From Gemmatimonadota bacterium (lineage in GTDB: Bacteria; Latescibacterota; UBA2968; UBA8231): DNA of 40,808 nt. This document shows positions 1-9,445 of the stretch, in pieces. The stretch is from contig JAYPJE010000017.1 in the NCBI GenBank assembly GCA_038128265.1, positions 1-40,808 on the forward strand. Reading direction: 5' to 3'. The translations under genes and the position numbers were made by a program. The notes beneath the pieces were generated by a model that saw nothing but the letters and a program-made list of their open reading frames with translations, searched no databases and was not told where the DNA came from. Within the stretch, counting starts at the first letter, position 1. The number at the start of each line of letters is the position of its first letter.

Positions 1-286
1 GAGCTGCGGCGTGAAATCCCTCAAACACCAGACTTGACCGCTGAATCTCCGCACTATCTACGGTATCTTTGGTTTGCCACTGGGCCGATTCTATGGTCCC
101 CCTCACGGAAAACCCCAATTCAATCAGTGCTCGGTTTCATTTCAAGCGATTTGGACGCGTGCTCGGCTCATCGCTACGACGAGACCAAGCGCTTTGGTCA
201 CAGTTTTATCGGCTTCCCTCTATTGAGGATAGAATACCCCTTTCCCCTCTTGCAACAGCCCCATCAAACGCATATTGCTACTCCCG

Positions 287-1069
287 CTATTTGTTCGCCA
301 ACCCGGGGATCTGCATAAAGCGCCCGTTGTCCTGACAGGCAATCTGGCCGCCATCGACAATCAGGTCTTGCCCGGTCACAAAACTGGCATCATCCGAAAG
401 CAGAAAGGCGCAGACCGCAGCGATTTCCTCGGGCCCACCGTAGCGGTTCATCGGAATCTGTTTCCGATAGGCAGCACTGAAGATCGGCTCCTCAACCTCC
501 GCAGTAGCCGCAGTCGACACCACTCCCGGAGACACTGCATTAACGCGGATCCCATCAGCGGCGAACTCCCCAGCCGCCGTGCGCACCAGCCCTAGGAGAG
601 CCGCCTTTGATGCATCGTATGCGGCGTTATTAACGCTGGACCGGTGCGCATTGCGACTGGCGGTGCAGACAATCGCTCCGCCCCCCACCCGGGCCATCTC
701 TGGGGCTAGCGCCCGCATAAAAGCGAAGGGGGACGAAACATTGACCGCGAAGTTCACATTCCAAATCGCATCGCTCATCTCTGTGATCGGCGCCCCGGGC
801 CAAACACCGGCGTTGAGTGCCAGACGGGTGGGGACGCCGTGAGCGCGAATTAGCTCGGCCAGAAATTTTGGAGTCGCTGCAAGGTCTGCTAAATCAAAGC
901 CGTAGGGTACAACCTCTTTGTGCTGTGCAGACAGCGAATCCATCTCCGCCGCGGAACGATCGAGCGCCAGGACCTTCAATCCATCGCGCACGAGCCGGGC
1001 CACGATCGCTGCACCAATGCCACCGGCGGCTCCCGTAACCAGGGCCAGCGGCCGGTCTTCGCTGCGCAT
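287..1069 (-). CDS. SDR family NAD(P)-dependent oxidoreductase
   Basis: TGAAGGIG Rossmann motif, NAG motif, catalytic YDASK (YxxxK), IRVNAVSPG and C-terminal VDGG; 260 aa. Confidence 0.93.
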   Translation of the reverse strand: MRSEDRPLALVTGAAGGIGAAIVARLVRDGLKVLALDRSAAEMDSLSAQHKEVVPYGFDLADLAATPKFLAELIRAHGVPTRLALNAGVWPGAPITEMSDAIWNVNFAVNVSSPFAFMRALAPEMARVGGGAIVCTASRNAHRSSVNNAAYDASKAALLGLVRTAAGEFAADGIRVNAVSPGVVSTAATAEVEEPIFSAAYRKQIPMNRYGGPEEIAAVCAFLLSDDASFVTGQDLIVDGGQIACQDNGRFMQIPGLANK

Positions 1070-1136
1070 TTAGGGCTCCGCGCGCAGCGAATCGGCAGGG
1101 TGCAATCGGCTCAGCCCCAATGCGTTCATCGCCGCT

Positions 1137-1601
1137 CTATTTTTTGACGACATCTTCAAACTCCTGAAAAAGCTCGATGCTAATTCCGTCGGGATCTAAC
1201 CCGTACATCGCGCGGGCAACCGCCACCCCATCGCGCTCGACATCTACGGGCGGATTGATCGCGCCGTAGCCGGCATCCCGCAGCAGCGCATAGACGGCGT
1301 CTACATCGTCAACCTCAAAAGCCAAGTGCGAAGAGCCGATAAAGGGATTGTCTAGTGCGCGCTTCTTTCCCGCGGGGTGTTGGTACTCGACGAGTTCGAG
1401 AATGAACTCGCCAACAGGGTGGCGCAAGATTGCAACCTTCAACACCACGCTGTCGTGACCGAGAATCCGGTCGTAGGATGGCAAGTCCCTGCGCTCAGAT
1501 ACGCGCACGAGTTCGAGCCCGAGCAGATCGCGGTAGAACGCAGCGGAGCGCTCGGCATCGGAGACGGTGAATCCGTGGTGGTGGCATTTGACAATGGGCA
1601 T
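1137..1601 (-). CDS. VOC (glyoxalase/bleomycin-resistance) family protein
   Basis: ATG at 1601 (MPIVKCHHHGFTVSD); FYRDLLGL, LELVEY, HLAFEVDD and DPDGISIELFQ give the H/E/H/E metal-ligand pattern. Confidence 0.88.
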   Translation of the reverse strand: MPIVKCHHHGFTVSDAERSAAFYRDLLGLELVRVSERRDLPSYDRILGHDSVVLKVAILRHPVGEFILELVEYQHPAGKKRALDNPFIGSSHLAFEVDDVDAVYALLRDAGYGAINPPVDVERDGVAVARAMYGLDPDGISIELFQEFEDVVKK

Positions 1602-1633
1602 CGCTCTACTCTGAGATAGGGGTTGGAACGCCT

Positions 1634-2635
1634 TTATACTTGCACCGCACGGCCGGTCTCCTGCGCCTGGCGCGCGGCCGCACAAATAGCCACCGCTTCG
1701 AGCATATCAGCGGTAATCGGCGGCGATGTGCGCGTTTGTACCATCTCTTTGACAATACGCAGGATCTGCGCCGCACCAAAGGGAAAGTCCCAGTCGCTCA
1801 TCGGCGGCGAGTGGATCGCGCCGCGTGGCCCATAAGCGCTGGCGTGAAAGGCGCAGTGCCAGACCGCACCGACATCGCAATTCAGCGTCACTCCGCGCCG
1901 CGGCCGATCGCTGCGATCGCCGTAGCTCAAATGGACGGTCTGCAAGTCCGTATCGCCCATTGCCCGCACGCTCTCTACGCCATTGCCGAAGATAGCCAGA
2001 GCAAGACTGGCCGCGTGGATATGTCCTGCCATCGCGGTGCCACCGCCCTGAATTGTGCCGAACTGCACCTCCCCCACCTCGTCCAACCGCCGGGCAAAGC
2101 GCGCCGCTTCGGGCAGCACGCGCAGAATCGAAATCGAAGTCATGGGCGCGTGATGCTCGGCGGCTAAACCAACCAATTGCTGAGCATCGTCGACCGTCAG
2201 CGCCAGCGGCTTGTCGATAAATGTCGCCACGCCCTTGGCCAGACCGGGGCGCGCCAGTGCCAAATGATCTGATCCATCGCCGTTGCAGTCGGCAATAAAA
2301 ACCAGATCGACCCCGTCGCTGACCTCGGCAACATCATCGCAAACCACCGGCCGGTCGTCGAAGACCTGCGCCAGACACTCGGCGGCCGCGCGGTCTTCGT
2401 CCCAGACTTTGGCCAATTGGAAGCCCTCGACGACATCGACCGAAATCTGCCGCGGGTCGCTGTAGTTGGTATAAAAATAGAAGTGGGCGCCGCCATGCTG
2501 CCACGAGTACGAGCCCGCTTGGTCAATCGGCAGCGGATGCTGCAAGCGCAGTGGATCGTGCCGGGCACATAGGGCAGAGAAATACGCCCCGTGCGTATCG
2601 CAGCGGATCAGGCCGACGCGAATAGGTTTGTTCAT
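1634..2635 (-). CDS. Gfo/Idh/MocA family oxidoreductase (divergent, DKP type)
   Basis: N-terminal IRVGLI strand, VDLVFIAD...DHL, FIDKPL motif; GAGGAG RBS upstream. Confidence 0.78.
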   Translation of the reverse strand: MNKPIRVGLIRCDTHGAYFSALCARHDPLRLQHPLPIDQAGSYSWQHGGAHFYFYTNYSDPRQISVDVVEGFQLAKVWDEDRAAAECLAQVFDDRPVVCDDVAEVSDGVDLVFIADCNGDGSDHLALARPGLAKGVATFIDKPLALTVDDAQQLVGLAAEHHAPMTSISILRVLPEAARFARRLDEVGEVQFGTIQGGGTAMAGHIHAASLALAIFGNGVESVRAMGDTDLQTVHLSYGDRSDRPRRGVTLNCDVGAVWHCAFHASAYGPRGAIHSPPMSDWDFPFGAAQILRIVKEMVQTRTSPPITADMLEAVAICAAARQAQETGRAVQV

Positions 2636-2785
2636 CGCTCCTCAATAGACGCTAATAAATTACAACCGGTCGCGTATTCTAAATATATTTTTAAAGAGCA
2701 GGTCTACGCACATAAGACGGCTTCTGTTAGGCACTCACTAGCCATCAACTCAGACGGCCTATGCTCCTCTGTCCTAGGCGGGTCA

Positions 2786-4356
2786 CTACGCTTGGTAGGC
2801 AAAGACTTTCGCGTCGAACAACTGCAATCGCACGGCTATGGTTTCGCCTGCAGCAGCCAAATCGCTGCGGCCCTGCCAGGTGACCACCCGATCAATCGCA
2901 TCGCCCGTGAGAGTATCGCTCTCGGCAAAACTAAATCCGGGCACGGCATCTACATCGGGATGCACGCGCGAGGGAATTTGGCGGATGATTTCGGCCTTTA
3001 TCCAACCGCCGGGACGACAGCGATAGTTGAGGCGTAGCACATCGTTGGCGCGAACGACCGTGGGTATGGTAAAACGCCCCTCGCCCTTAGCTTCTATACC
3101 GCACAGCCTGTGGGGACGCCACGTGGCCCAGTGGAGCGAGCAGGTATGCTCATCGTCGTGGACGTTGTGCAGCGAACGATAGCCCGCAAAGATGGAACCC
3201 CAATCCCCGTTGGGTAATTCGACAATTCCTCCACCCCACGAATAGACCATCGCCTCGTCTGGCGCACCCGGTTCGCCCACGGGGATGATGGGCTGCCGCT
3301 GCGGGCGCTGCCAGAGCAGCCCATCGCGACTAAAGGCGATTTGGCTGTCTATGTGATCCGAGATATGGTGATAGACCTCCACGAGCATCGCATATAGGTC
3401 GTCGTGCCCGGGATACGGTAGTACATCCGCCCCGTAAAACGAGATATCGGGAGCGTCTTGTCCGTCGGGAAAGAGCACGAGTTTGGGAGCGTTCCAATGG
3501 TTGAAATCCCCCGTGCGCGTAAGCCCAATGGCCCGGTGAAAAATCTCCCCTTCGGGATCACCCGTGCCAATCAGATCAAACTGTTCCTGACGAACTCCCT
3601 GGACGCGGCAAAAGGCGTAGTAGGACTGCGAACGCTGGTCGTAGCCGACGGAGAGGCCGCCATCCATCGGAAAATCAGCTAGCGGCTCTGCCTCGCGCGT
3701 CCAGTGAATCCCATCCGGCGAGTGCCAAGCGATGACGCGCCCCTTGAGTACTAGCTGAGGGCCTGTGTAGGCGGGTCCGAGATACTCCTGATCGGCCCAC
3801 CAGCGCTCGACGTCCGCGTCGGTAATGCTCTCCCCTTCGTTGGCGACCTGTCCGGTATCGGCATTGACGATAGCGCCTTCGCACCCACCGCGCGAAAGCG
3901 CTGATCGGGAGGCGCCGTCGGATCTGCAAAAACCGCTTTCAGCAGGTCTCCTCCGACATCGGTGACTAGGTTGTTATCCGTCGATCCGCCGTATTCGATC
4001 AGCCCAAGCGACGGCCGCACCCAAGAGAGCGCATCTTCGCTATGGGCATAGGCCACGCGTCCAGACTGATAATAGAGCAAGTGGTAGTTCGTTTCGTCCT
4101 TCCACACGTGCACCGCATTGCCCAAACCCTCGACATTTCCCTCGAATTCAAACGGACCGCGTTTATCGGCTTTCTCAATGGCGATGGCAATTCCCACCGG
4201 TGCGTCATACAGTTCGAATGCACCGCACCGATCGACGGCTCTATGGCCGGTAAATACGTCCGTCCAATCGACGAACGGACGCCATGCGCCACCGTTGGCA
4301 CGCGGGCGCACCCAATCGCCGGGATAGTAGCCGCGCAAGTCATTCCAATTAATCAT
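2786..4356 (-). pseudogene. Frameshifted (or mis-sequenced) gene for a ~523-aa beta-propeller glycoside-hydrolase-like protein
   Basis: ORF 3751-4356 reads plausibly up to ..RFRAVG near 3885. A neighbouring frame then continues CEGAIVNADTGQ...HSPDGIHWTREAEPLADFP straight into the MDGG of ORF 2786-3667. The span is 1571 nt, one short of a multiple of 3. Repeated SxDGxxW-like motifs. Confidence 0.8.
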
Positions 4357-4514
4357 TAAAGCTATCTTCCTATCTTTGCTCAGTGGGCGTGCATTCCCCG
4401 CACATGGAGCGCAGCGCGATCGGGGGCGTCACAAGCTATTGTGCGAGCTCGCTTTTGCACGGACGGTAGAAACGAGTGGCGATGGCCCATCACACGAACT
4501 TCTCTCCTTACCGC

Positions 4515-5660
4515 TCAGTTGGCGTTCAACCCGGCCAGAATGCCCTGTAGGTAGCTAAGCCCATGCGCGCGGGACGCCAAACCATAGCCAAAGTTGAGGT
4601 CGTGGCCAAACATGCCGGGGGCGTGATCGGCGCGAAAGGGCGCCGTGCATCCCCTCTCGTGCAGCAGCTTTAGCAGAGCAGGGATGGGAACCGCCCCCCT
4701 TTCATCGGCGTGATAGGTCTCTATAAATGCCGTTTCGCCGTCGTATACTCCATCTGAAAGGAAGCGGATATTGCGAAAGTGGCAAAATACAAAGTGCGGC
4801 CAAAGCCTTTCGGCGATCGCCAGCACATTATTGCTTCGGTGGGTAGCCAGACTGCCCGGGCAAAAGGTGATGCCGTTGGAGGGGCTGGGCACGGTTTCGA
4901 CGACCCTGCGGAGTGCAGCCTCGTCTTTGACGATCCGCGGACGCCCCCGCACGTTAAAAGATGGATCGTCGGGGTGCAGACCCATCCATACGTTTTCTTC
5001 TTCGGCAACCGGAATTATGGCGCGGAGAAAGTATGTGAGTGCATCCCACAGACCCTCTTCGCCCCGCTCGATGTAGCGGTCGACCAGACGCTGATACTCT
5101 CCGTCGGTGTAGTGTTCGGGATAGCCTAGGCGCGGCCGGTCGCCCAGCTGCTCCATTTCCGGCTCCGGCTGCCGTGGATCGTAGCCTATGCATACGCGAT
5201 CGACCTCGTCGCGCACGGCCAGCAAATTGCGCCACCAGTTCTCCGGCCCCATGAAGTCGTAGCAGACCCTATAGGGGCCTTCGACTCCGCGCGCGCGCAT
5301 GGCCGCTCCGTAGTGGCGCAGCGTCTGGCAGAATGCTTCGACGTGTTGATCCCGCGCGGGCAGCTCCAGCTTGATGGCGTTGCTGACGACAAAGCTCTCG
5401 ACAACTGCCAGCCCCAGTCCCGCACCGGCCAACTCCGCCAAGACGTGATCCATCCAGGCCCGCTCTACAACCTGTCCGGGCACGCCACCTAAGTCTACGA
5501 CCATTCTCCGCACCCCGGGCACCTGGCGATAGTAGGCCAGCGGGTTCTTATCGCCCCGGGCGAATCGGTGAATTGAAGGCTCCACGACTATTCCTTTCTG
5601 GCCGCGATCGCAACCACCGCCTTCGCATTGGACCTGCGCATCCTGCCGCTCAAAATGCAC
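4515..5660 (-). CDS. uxuA: Mannonate dehydratase (UxuA)-like protein
   Basis: CYDFM, LTYFLRAIIPVAEE, LHPDDP, NGITFCPGSL, HFRN and RADHAP match the UxuA family; start uncertain. Confidence 0.82.
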   Translation of the reverse strand: MHFERQDAQVQCEGGGCDRGQKGIVVEPSIHRFARGDKNPLAYYRQVPGVRRMVVDLGGVPGQVVERAWMDHVLAELAGAGLGLAVVESFVVSNAIKLELPARDQHVEAFCQTLRHYGAAMRARGVEGPYRVCYDFMGPENWWRNLLAVRDEVDRVCIGYDPRQPEPEMEQLGDRPRLGYPEHYTDGEYQRLVDRYIERGEEGLWDALTYFLRAIIPVAEEENVWMGLHPDDPSFNVRGRPRIVKDEAALRRVVETVPSPSNGITFCPGSLATHRSNNVLAIAERLWPHFVFCHFRNIRFLSDGVYDGETAFIETYHADERGAVPIPALLKLLHERGCTAPFRADHAPGMFGHDLNFGYGLASRAHGLSYLQGILAGLNAN

Positions 5661-5718
5661 TCACCATACAGCACGGATAATCCCCTTGGCTTTCGCTCTC
5701 TGCCGATAGCGACTGCGG

Positions 5719-6798
5719 CTATGCCTCGATAGCCCGCACCGCATCGGACCAGTCGCGCCAGATATCGCCCCCTGCATTATCGACCGCCCTATCGTCGGGC
5801 AGCGCCTCGGGCGTTTTCATATAGCCGTAGATCGTCGCCTGCCGAATGACATCAGCCGACTGGTTTTGGCCGGCCATATGCAAGATCTTGGTGTGCCACA
5901 GCACCACCGTACCGGCCGGCCCGTGCGTATCGACGGGGTCAATCTCCTCCTTGGCGCGCAGAATCGCCGGATCGGTATAGCCGCCGGCGCGGCGATTGTC
6001 CAGATGCTTGTCGGTGTGTTTTTCGCCGTCTTTAAATGCCGCCCACTGCCCCTCCCAAATCGGCACGTGGCTGCCGGGCCATACGGTAAATCCTCCGCTG
6101 GCAGGCGGCAGGTCGTCGATATAGGCCGCAAACTGCAGGCCGTAGCGGCCATAACACGCCCCGTCGGAATGGGCACCGCGGTAGTCGGGACCCGGATCCG
6201 GACTGCCGGGCAGCGTGCAGTAGAGGCCGCGCGATCCCTGTCCGGTCATCCACACCGGTCCCGTTTTGGGCAGGCGCAGTGCCGGATCGGTGGTAAAGGT
6301 ACTCTCCTGCGGGTAGTGCGCAGCGACTGGTCCCAGATGACTGGCAAAGCTGCCAACGGCATCGTCGGATAAGAAGCACGGTCCGCGCGTAAAACCCTCG
6401 CTATCGTGGCCGGCCGGCCATACCAGCGAACCCGCCCCGAGGAGCTGTTCGGCAATCGCCCACAGCGCGCGGGGTGCCACGTCGAGCATCAGCGGCTCGG
6501 TGCCGTTGCGAATGTACAATCGATGGCCCTTGCCCGAACAGTAGGGATCCCCACCTATAGCCGGCCGCTGGGCGCTCAGGCGAGCGTGCTCTGTATCGGT
6601 GATGGGCGTCCAAGTGGACGGATCATCGCGCTTGAAACGGGGCACGTGCTCGTCGAGCACCTGCCACATCTGCTCGCGAATCCGCGCACATCCAGCGGGA
6701 TCGAGCGCGGCGGGCAGTACGAGGTAGCCGTCGCGCTTAAATTGGGCAATCTGGCGATCGGAAAGAAGGGCAACCTGCCGCACAGTCGGCGCATTCAT
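5719..6798 (-). CDS. Phytanoyl-CoA dioxygenase (PhyH) family Fe(II)/2OG-type oxygenase
   Basis: LSDRQIAQFKRDGYLVL N-terminus, HSD (HxD), GGFTVWPGSH, GPAGTVVLWH..LH..N....RQ; ATG at 6798. Confidence 0.87.
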   Translation of the reverse strand: MNAPTVRQVALLSDRQIAQFKRDGYLVLPAALDPAGCARIREQMWQVLDEHVPRFKRDDPSTWTPITDTEHARLSAQRPAIGGDPYCSGKGHRLYIRNGTEPLMLDVAPRALWAIAEQLLGAGSLVWPAGHDSEGFTRGPCFLSDDAVGSFASHLGPVAAHYPQESTFTTDPALRLPKTGPVWMTGQGSRGLYCTLPGSPDPGPDYRGAHSDGACYGRYGLQFAAYIDDLPPASGGFTVWPGSHVPIWEGQWAAFKDGEKHTDKHLDNRRAGGYTDPAILRAKEEIDPVDTHGPAGTVVLWHTKILHMAGQNQSADVIRQATIYGYMKTPEALPDDRAVDNAGGDIWRDWSDAVRAIEA

Positions 6799-6991
6799 CG
6801 CATTTGCTCTCTTTCGAATGGAGTCCGCACCCCATAATAGGAAGCACACCCCCCGCGGGCAACCCGTCATCAGTGCACACGCAGCCGACCCACTTAGAAC
6901 CCAGTGCCACAAGTTGCCCGTCAACAACAATGGAGCCATTATTGTCCAACCGGCTTTTGCTCATCCTGTCATCGCAAGGAGAATAAACGGC

Positions 6992-7909
6992 ATGTTTCCA
7001 GAAGCGCTTAAACAGCAGCTGCGCAATGTTCACGCCTATGCAATCACTCCATTTCGCAAGGACGACCTGACCCAGCTAGACAGCGAGGGTTTTACGCGCA
7101 ATCTGAATTTTCTTATCGAACGCGGCGTGCGGGTGCTGAGTATCGGCGGCGGCACGGGAGAGATCAACGCGCTCAGCGCAGAGGAACTGGCAGCTCTGTG
7201 CCGGGTGAGCTTAGAGGTAGCCGACGGCCGCGCGCTCGTCATTCCCACGCTGCCCGGCAATAGCAAAGTCGCGCTAGAGTTACTGCCCCAGTACGAGGCG
7301 ATGGGCGCACAGGTTGCACTCGGTATGGCGCCCTATATCCGCAACCAAACCCCCGACGACCTGGAGGGTGTTTTCAACCACTACCGCCTCTTGGCCGAAC
7401 GCACGGCGCTGCCGCTGATGCCCTACAACACGCAGGGATGGCCGCCGCACTTCTTCGCCCGCCTAGCCGAAATTGATCGCATCATCGGCATTAAAGACCC
7501 CTGCCTCGTGCCCCACAACCTCTTTGCCGCCATTCAACAACTGGGCGATCGCTTTGTGTGGATTGGCAACAAGCGCCACAACCCCGGCGTGCTGCACCTG
7601 CGCTTTCAGATGGGCATTGAGGGCTTTACGGCCGGCATCATCAACTTTGCCCCCGAATACGAATTGGAGCTGTTCCGCCTGGCCCAACGCGGCGCCTGGG
7701 ATGCCATGGTCGAAATCCAGGCGCGCCTGGCCCCGATAGAAGATCTGCGCACCCAATACGGAGACGCGGCCCTGCTCAAAACCGGCCTCGACCTGGTCGG
7801 ACTAGCCGGCGGCCCGGTGCGTCCGCCCCGCGTCGATGCCCCGCGACACGCGCGAGAAGCGCTGGCCCAGCAGCTAACGACACTCGGCGTTCAGCTGGCA
7901 GACCGCTGA
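6992..7909 (+). CDS. Dihydrodipicolinate synthase (DHDPS/NAL) family lyase
   Basis: AITPF, GGTGE, MPYN tyrosine, GIKD Schiff-base lysine, GPVRPP; AGGAG RBS before ATG 6992. Confidence 0.9.
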   Translation: MFPEALKQQLRNVHAYAITPFRKDDLTQLDSEGFTRNLNFLIERGVRVLSIGGGTGEINALSAEELAALCRVSLEVADGRALVIPTLPGNSKVALELLPQYEAMGAQVALGMAPYIRNQTPDDLEGVFNHYRLLAERTALPLMPYNTQGWPPHFFARLAEIDRIIGIKDPCLVPHNLFAAIQQLGDRFVWIGNKRHNPGVLHLRFQMGIEGFTAGIINFAPEYELELFRLAQRGAWDAMVEIQARLAPIEDLRTQYGDAALLKTGLDLVGLAGGPVRPPRVDAPRHAREALAQQLTTLGVQLADR

Positions 7910-7954
7910 GCGTGCACCGAGCGCCGCTCTTACGCTGCGCCATACATCCGTGCC

Positions 7955-9073
7955 CTAGGAGCGATCGCGCCATCGGTCTAATTGCTCCTCGTCTAGCTGC
8001 ACGCCCAGCCCCGGTCCTTCGGGAACGACGGCGTGTAGCGGCCCCAGCGACAGCGGCTCTGTAATCATATCCGCCTCGTGATAGAGCGGCCCGAGGAAAT
8101 CGCCGGGATACGTCTCGCTGTCAATGATCGGGACGGCCGCACCCAAATGCAGCATGGCCGCCGTGGCGATGCCCAATTCCAAATTGCTGCCCATGCTGCA
8201 GGCGATCCCGGCGGCTTCTGCTACGCTGGCGATGGCCATCGACGGCAGTATGCCGCCCGTCTTGCCGGGATAGATGCTCAAGATGTCCACCGCTCTCCGG
8301 TTCGTCAGGTCCCACGCGTCGACCAGCGTGAATACGCTTTCATCGGCCATGATGGGGATCGTCGTTACGCCGCGCAGCTGCGCCAGCGCGCCCGGATCTT
8401 CGGTACCCACGGGCTGTTCGGCAAAGGATACGTCGAGCGCTTCCATAGACCGTAGCATCGTGCGCGCGGTGGCGGCATTCCATCCGCAGTTAGCGTCGAT
8501 GCCAAGGGTCACATCTGGTCCGGCCAGCGCCCGCACCGCCCGCACCCGCTCCAGGTCCTGCGTTGGGTCGAGTCCAACTTTAACCTTTAAGTGGCGCACC
8601 CCCCAATCCAGAAATTGCTCCGCCAACGCCACGGCCTTGGGCACCTCAAACGCACCCACAACCATTTTCATGGGCAGCACCGCACGCACCTTGCCACCCA
8701 ACAGTCGGTAAAGCGGCATACCAGCCGCCTTGCCGGCTAAATCCCACAGCGCCATCTCGATGGCTGCCTTTGTAACCGGATTGTGCTTGAGCGCGCGATT
8801 TACCCTCAGCAGGCACGCCCGCACGTCGCGCGGATCGGCTCCCCGCAGCGCCGGGTCCAAAATATCCCGCACGGCTGCAACGCACCCAGGACTAGTTTCG
8901 CCGCTCCAGCGCGGCGCCAGCGTCGCTTCGCCAAGACCGACGTATCCCTCGTCGGTGTGCATGCGAATAAGCACATAGGGGGAATCGATATGCTCGCCAT
9001 GGGCCGTCTTTGTCGTCAATCCCTGCTTGAGCGGCACCAAAATGGGCACGGGTTCAACGCGCGTAATTTTCAT
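7955..9073 (-). CDS. Enolase superfamily, muconate-lactonizing-enzyme-like subgroup
   Basis: AAIEMALWDLAGK, KVK motif, metal ligands in DAN / EQP / ADES, GSNLE, PEGPGLG; GGAGGG RBS before ATG 9073. Confidence 0.9.
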   Translation of the reverse strand: MKITRVEPVPILVPLKQGLTTKTAHGEHIDSPYVLIRMHTDEGYVGLGEATLAPRWSGETSPGCVAAVRDILDPALRGADPRDVRACLLRVNRALKHNPVTKAAIEMALWDLAGKAAGMPLYRLLGGKVRAVLPMKMVVGAFEVPKAVALAEQFLDWGVRHLKVKVGLDPTQDLERVRAVRALAGPDVTLGIDANCGWNAATARTMLRSMEALDVSFAEQPVGTEDPGALAQLRGVTTIPIMADESVFTLVDAWDLTNRRAVDILSIYPGKTGGILPSMAIASVAEAAGIACSMGSNLELGIATAAMLHLGAAVPIIDSETYPGDFLGPLYHEADMITEPLSLGPLHAVVPEGPGLGVQLDEEQLDRWRDRS

Positions 9074-9296
9074 CTTGTCTCCCTCCGATTGGGCAGTCAA
9101 CCCACTGAGGCACACGGGATGAGCAGCGACGAGGGCCGTTTTCAATATGCGCAACAACCCGCATGCGCGTTGCAAACACCAGTATGTGATAGTGCATCCC
9201 GATAGCCATTTTCATACATGACACCAGCCTCGCGCTCTATACCGAACGGCGAGTGCTATCTCAGTTAACTTTTTTTGTAACCATTGTAAATTTTTG

Positions 9297-9325
9297 TTGA
9301 CTCCCCCCCCCAATCATATTACCTT
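9297..9325 (+). promoter_or_regulatory. Putative sigma70-type promoter of the histidine kinase gene
   Basis: TTGACT (9297-9302), 17-nt spacer, TACCTT (9320-9325) in an AT-rich intergenic region. Confidence 0.55.
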
Positions 9326-9445
9326 GGTGCAGAACAGCCAAAAAGACAACTAAACCAATAATAAACAACGGTTTTAGCTCTTATGTAAGTAGCTTTTTTT
9401 GTGATTTTTTGCCAATTTTCGCCATTTTCAACGTGTAATTACAGC

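Noticed and set aside
1..335. Short plus-strand ORFs 34-318 and 69-335
   Set aside because: No recognisable motifs, and both overlap the SDR 3' end. I could not tell non-coding DNA from the tail of a gene entering the window.
3675..3929. 84-aa Arg-rich ORF bridging the two propeller fragments
   Set aside because: Wrong frame; the true bridge is the third frame, continuous with 2786-3667.
9303..9311. C9 homopolymer in the promoter spacer as a phase-variation tract
   Set aside because: A length change would alter the 17-nt spacer, but one sequence gives no evidence of variation; read-level length heterogeneity would be needed.
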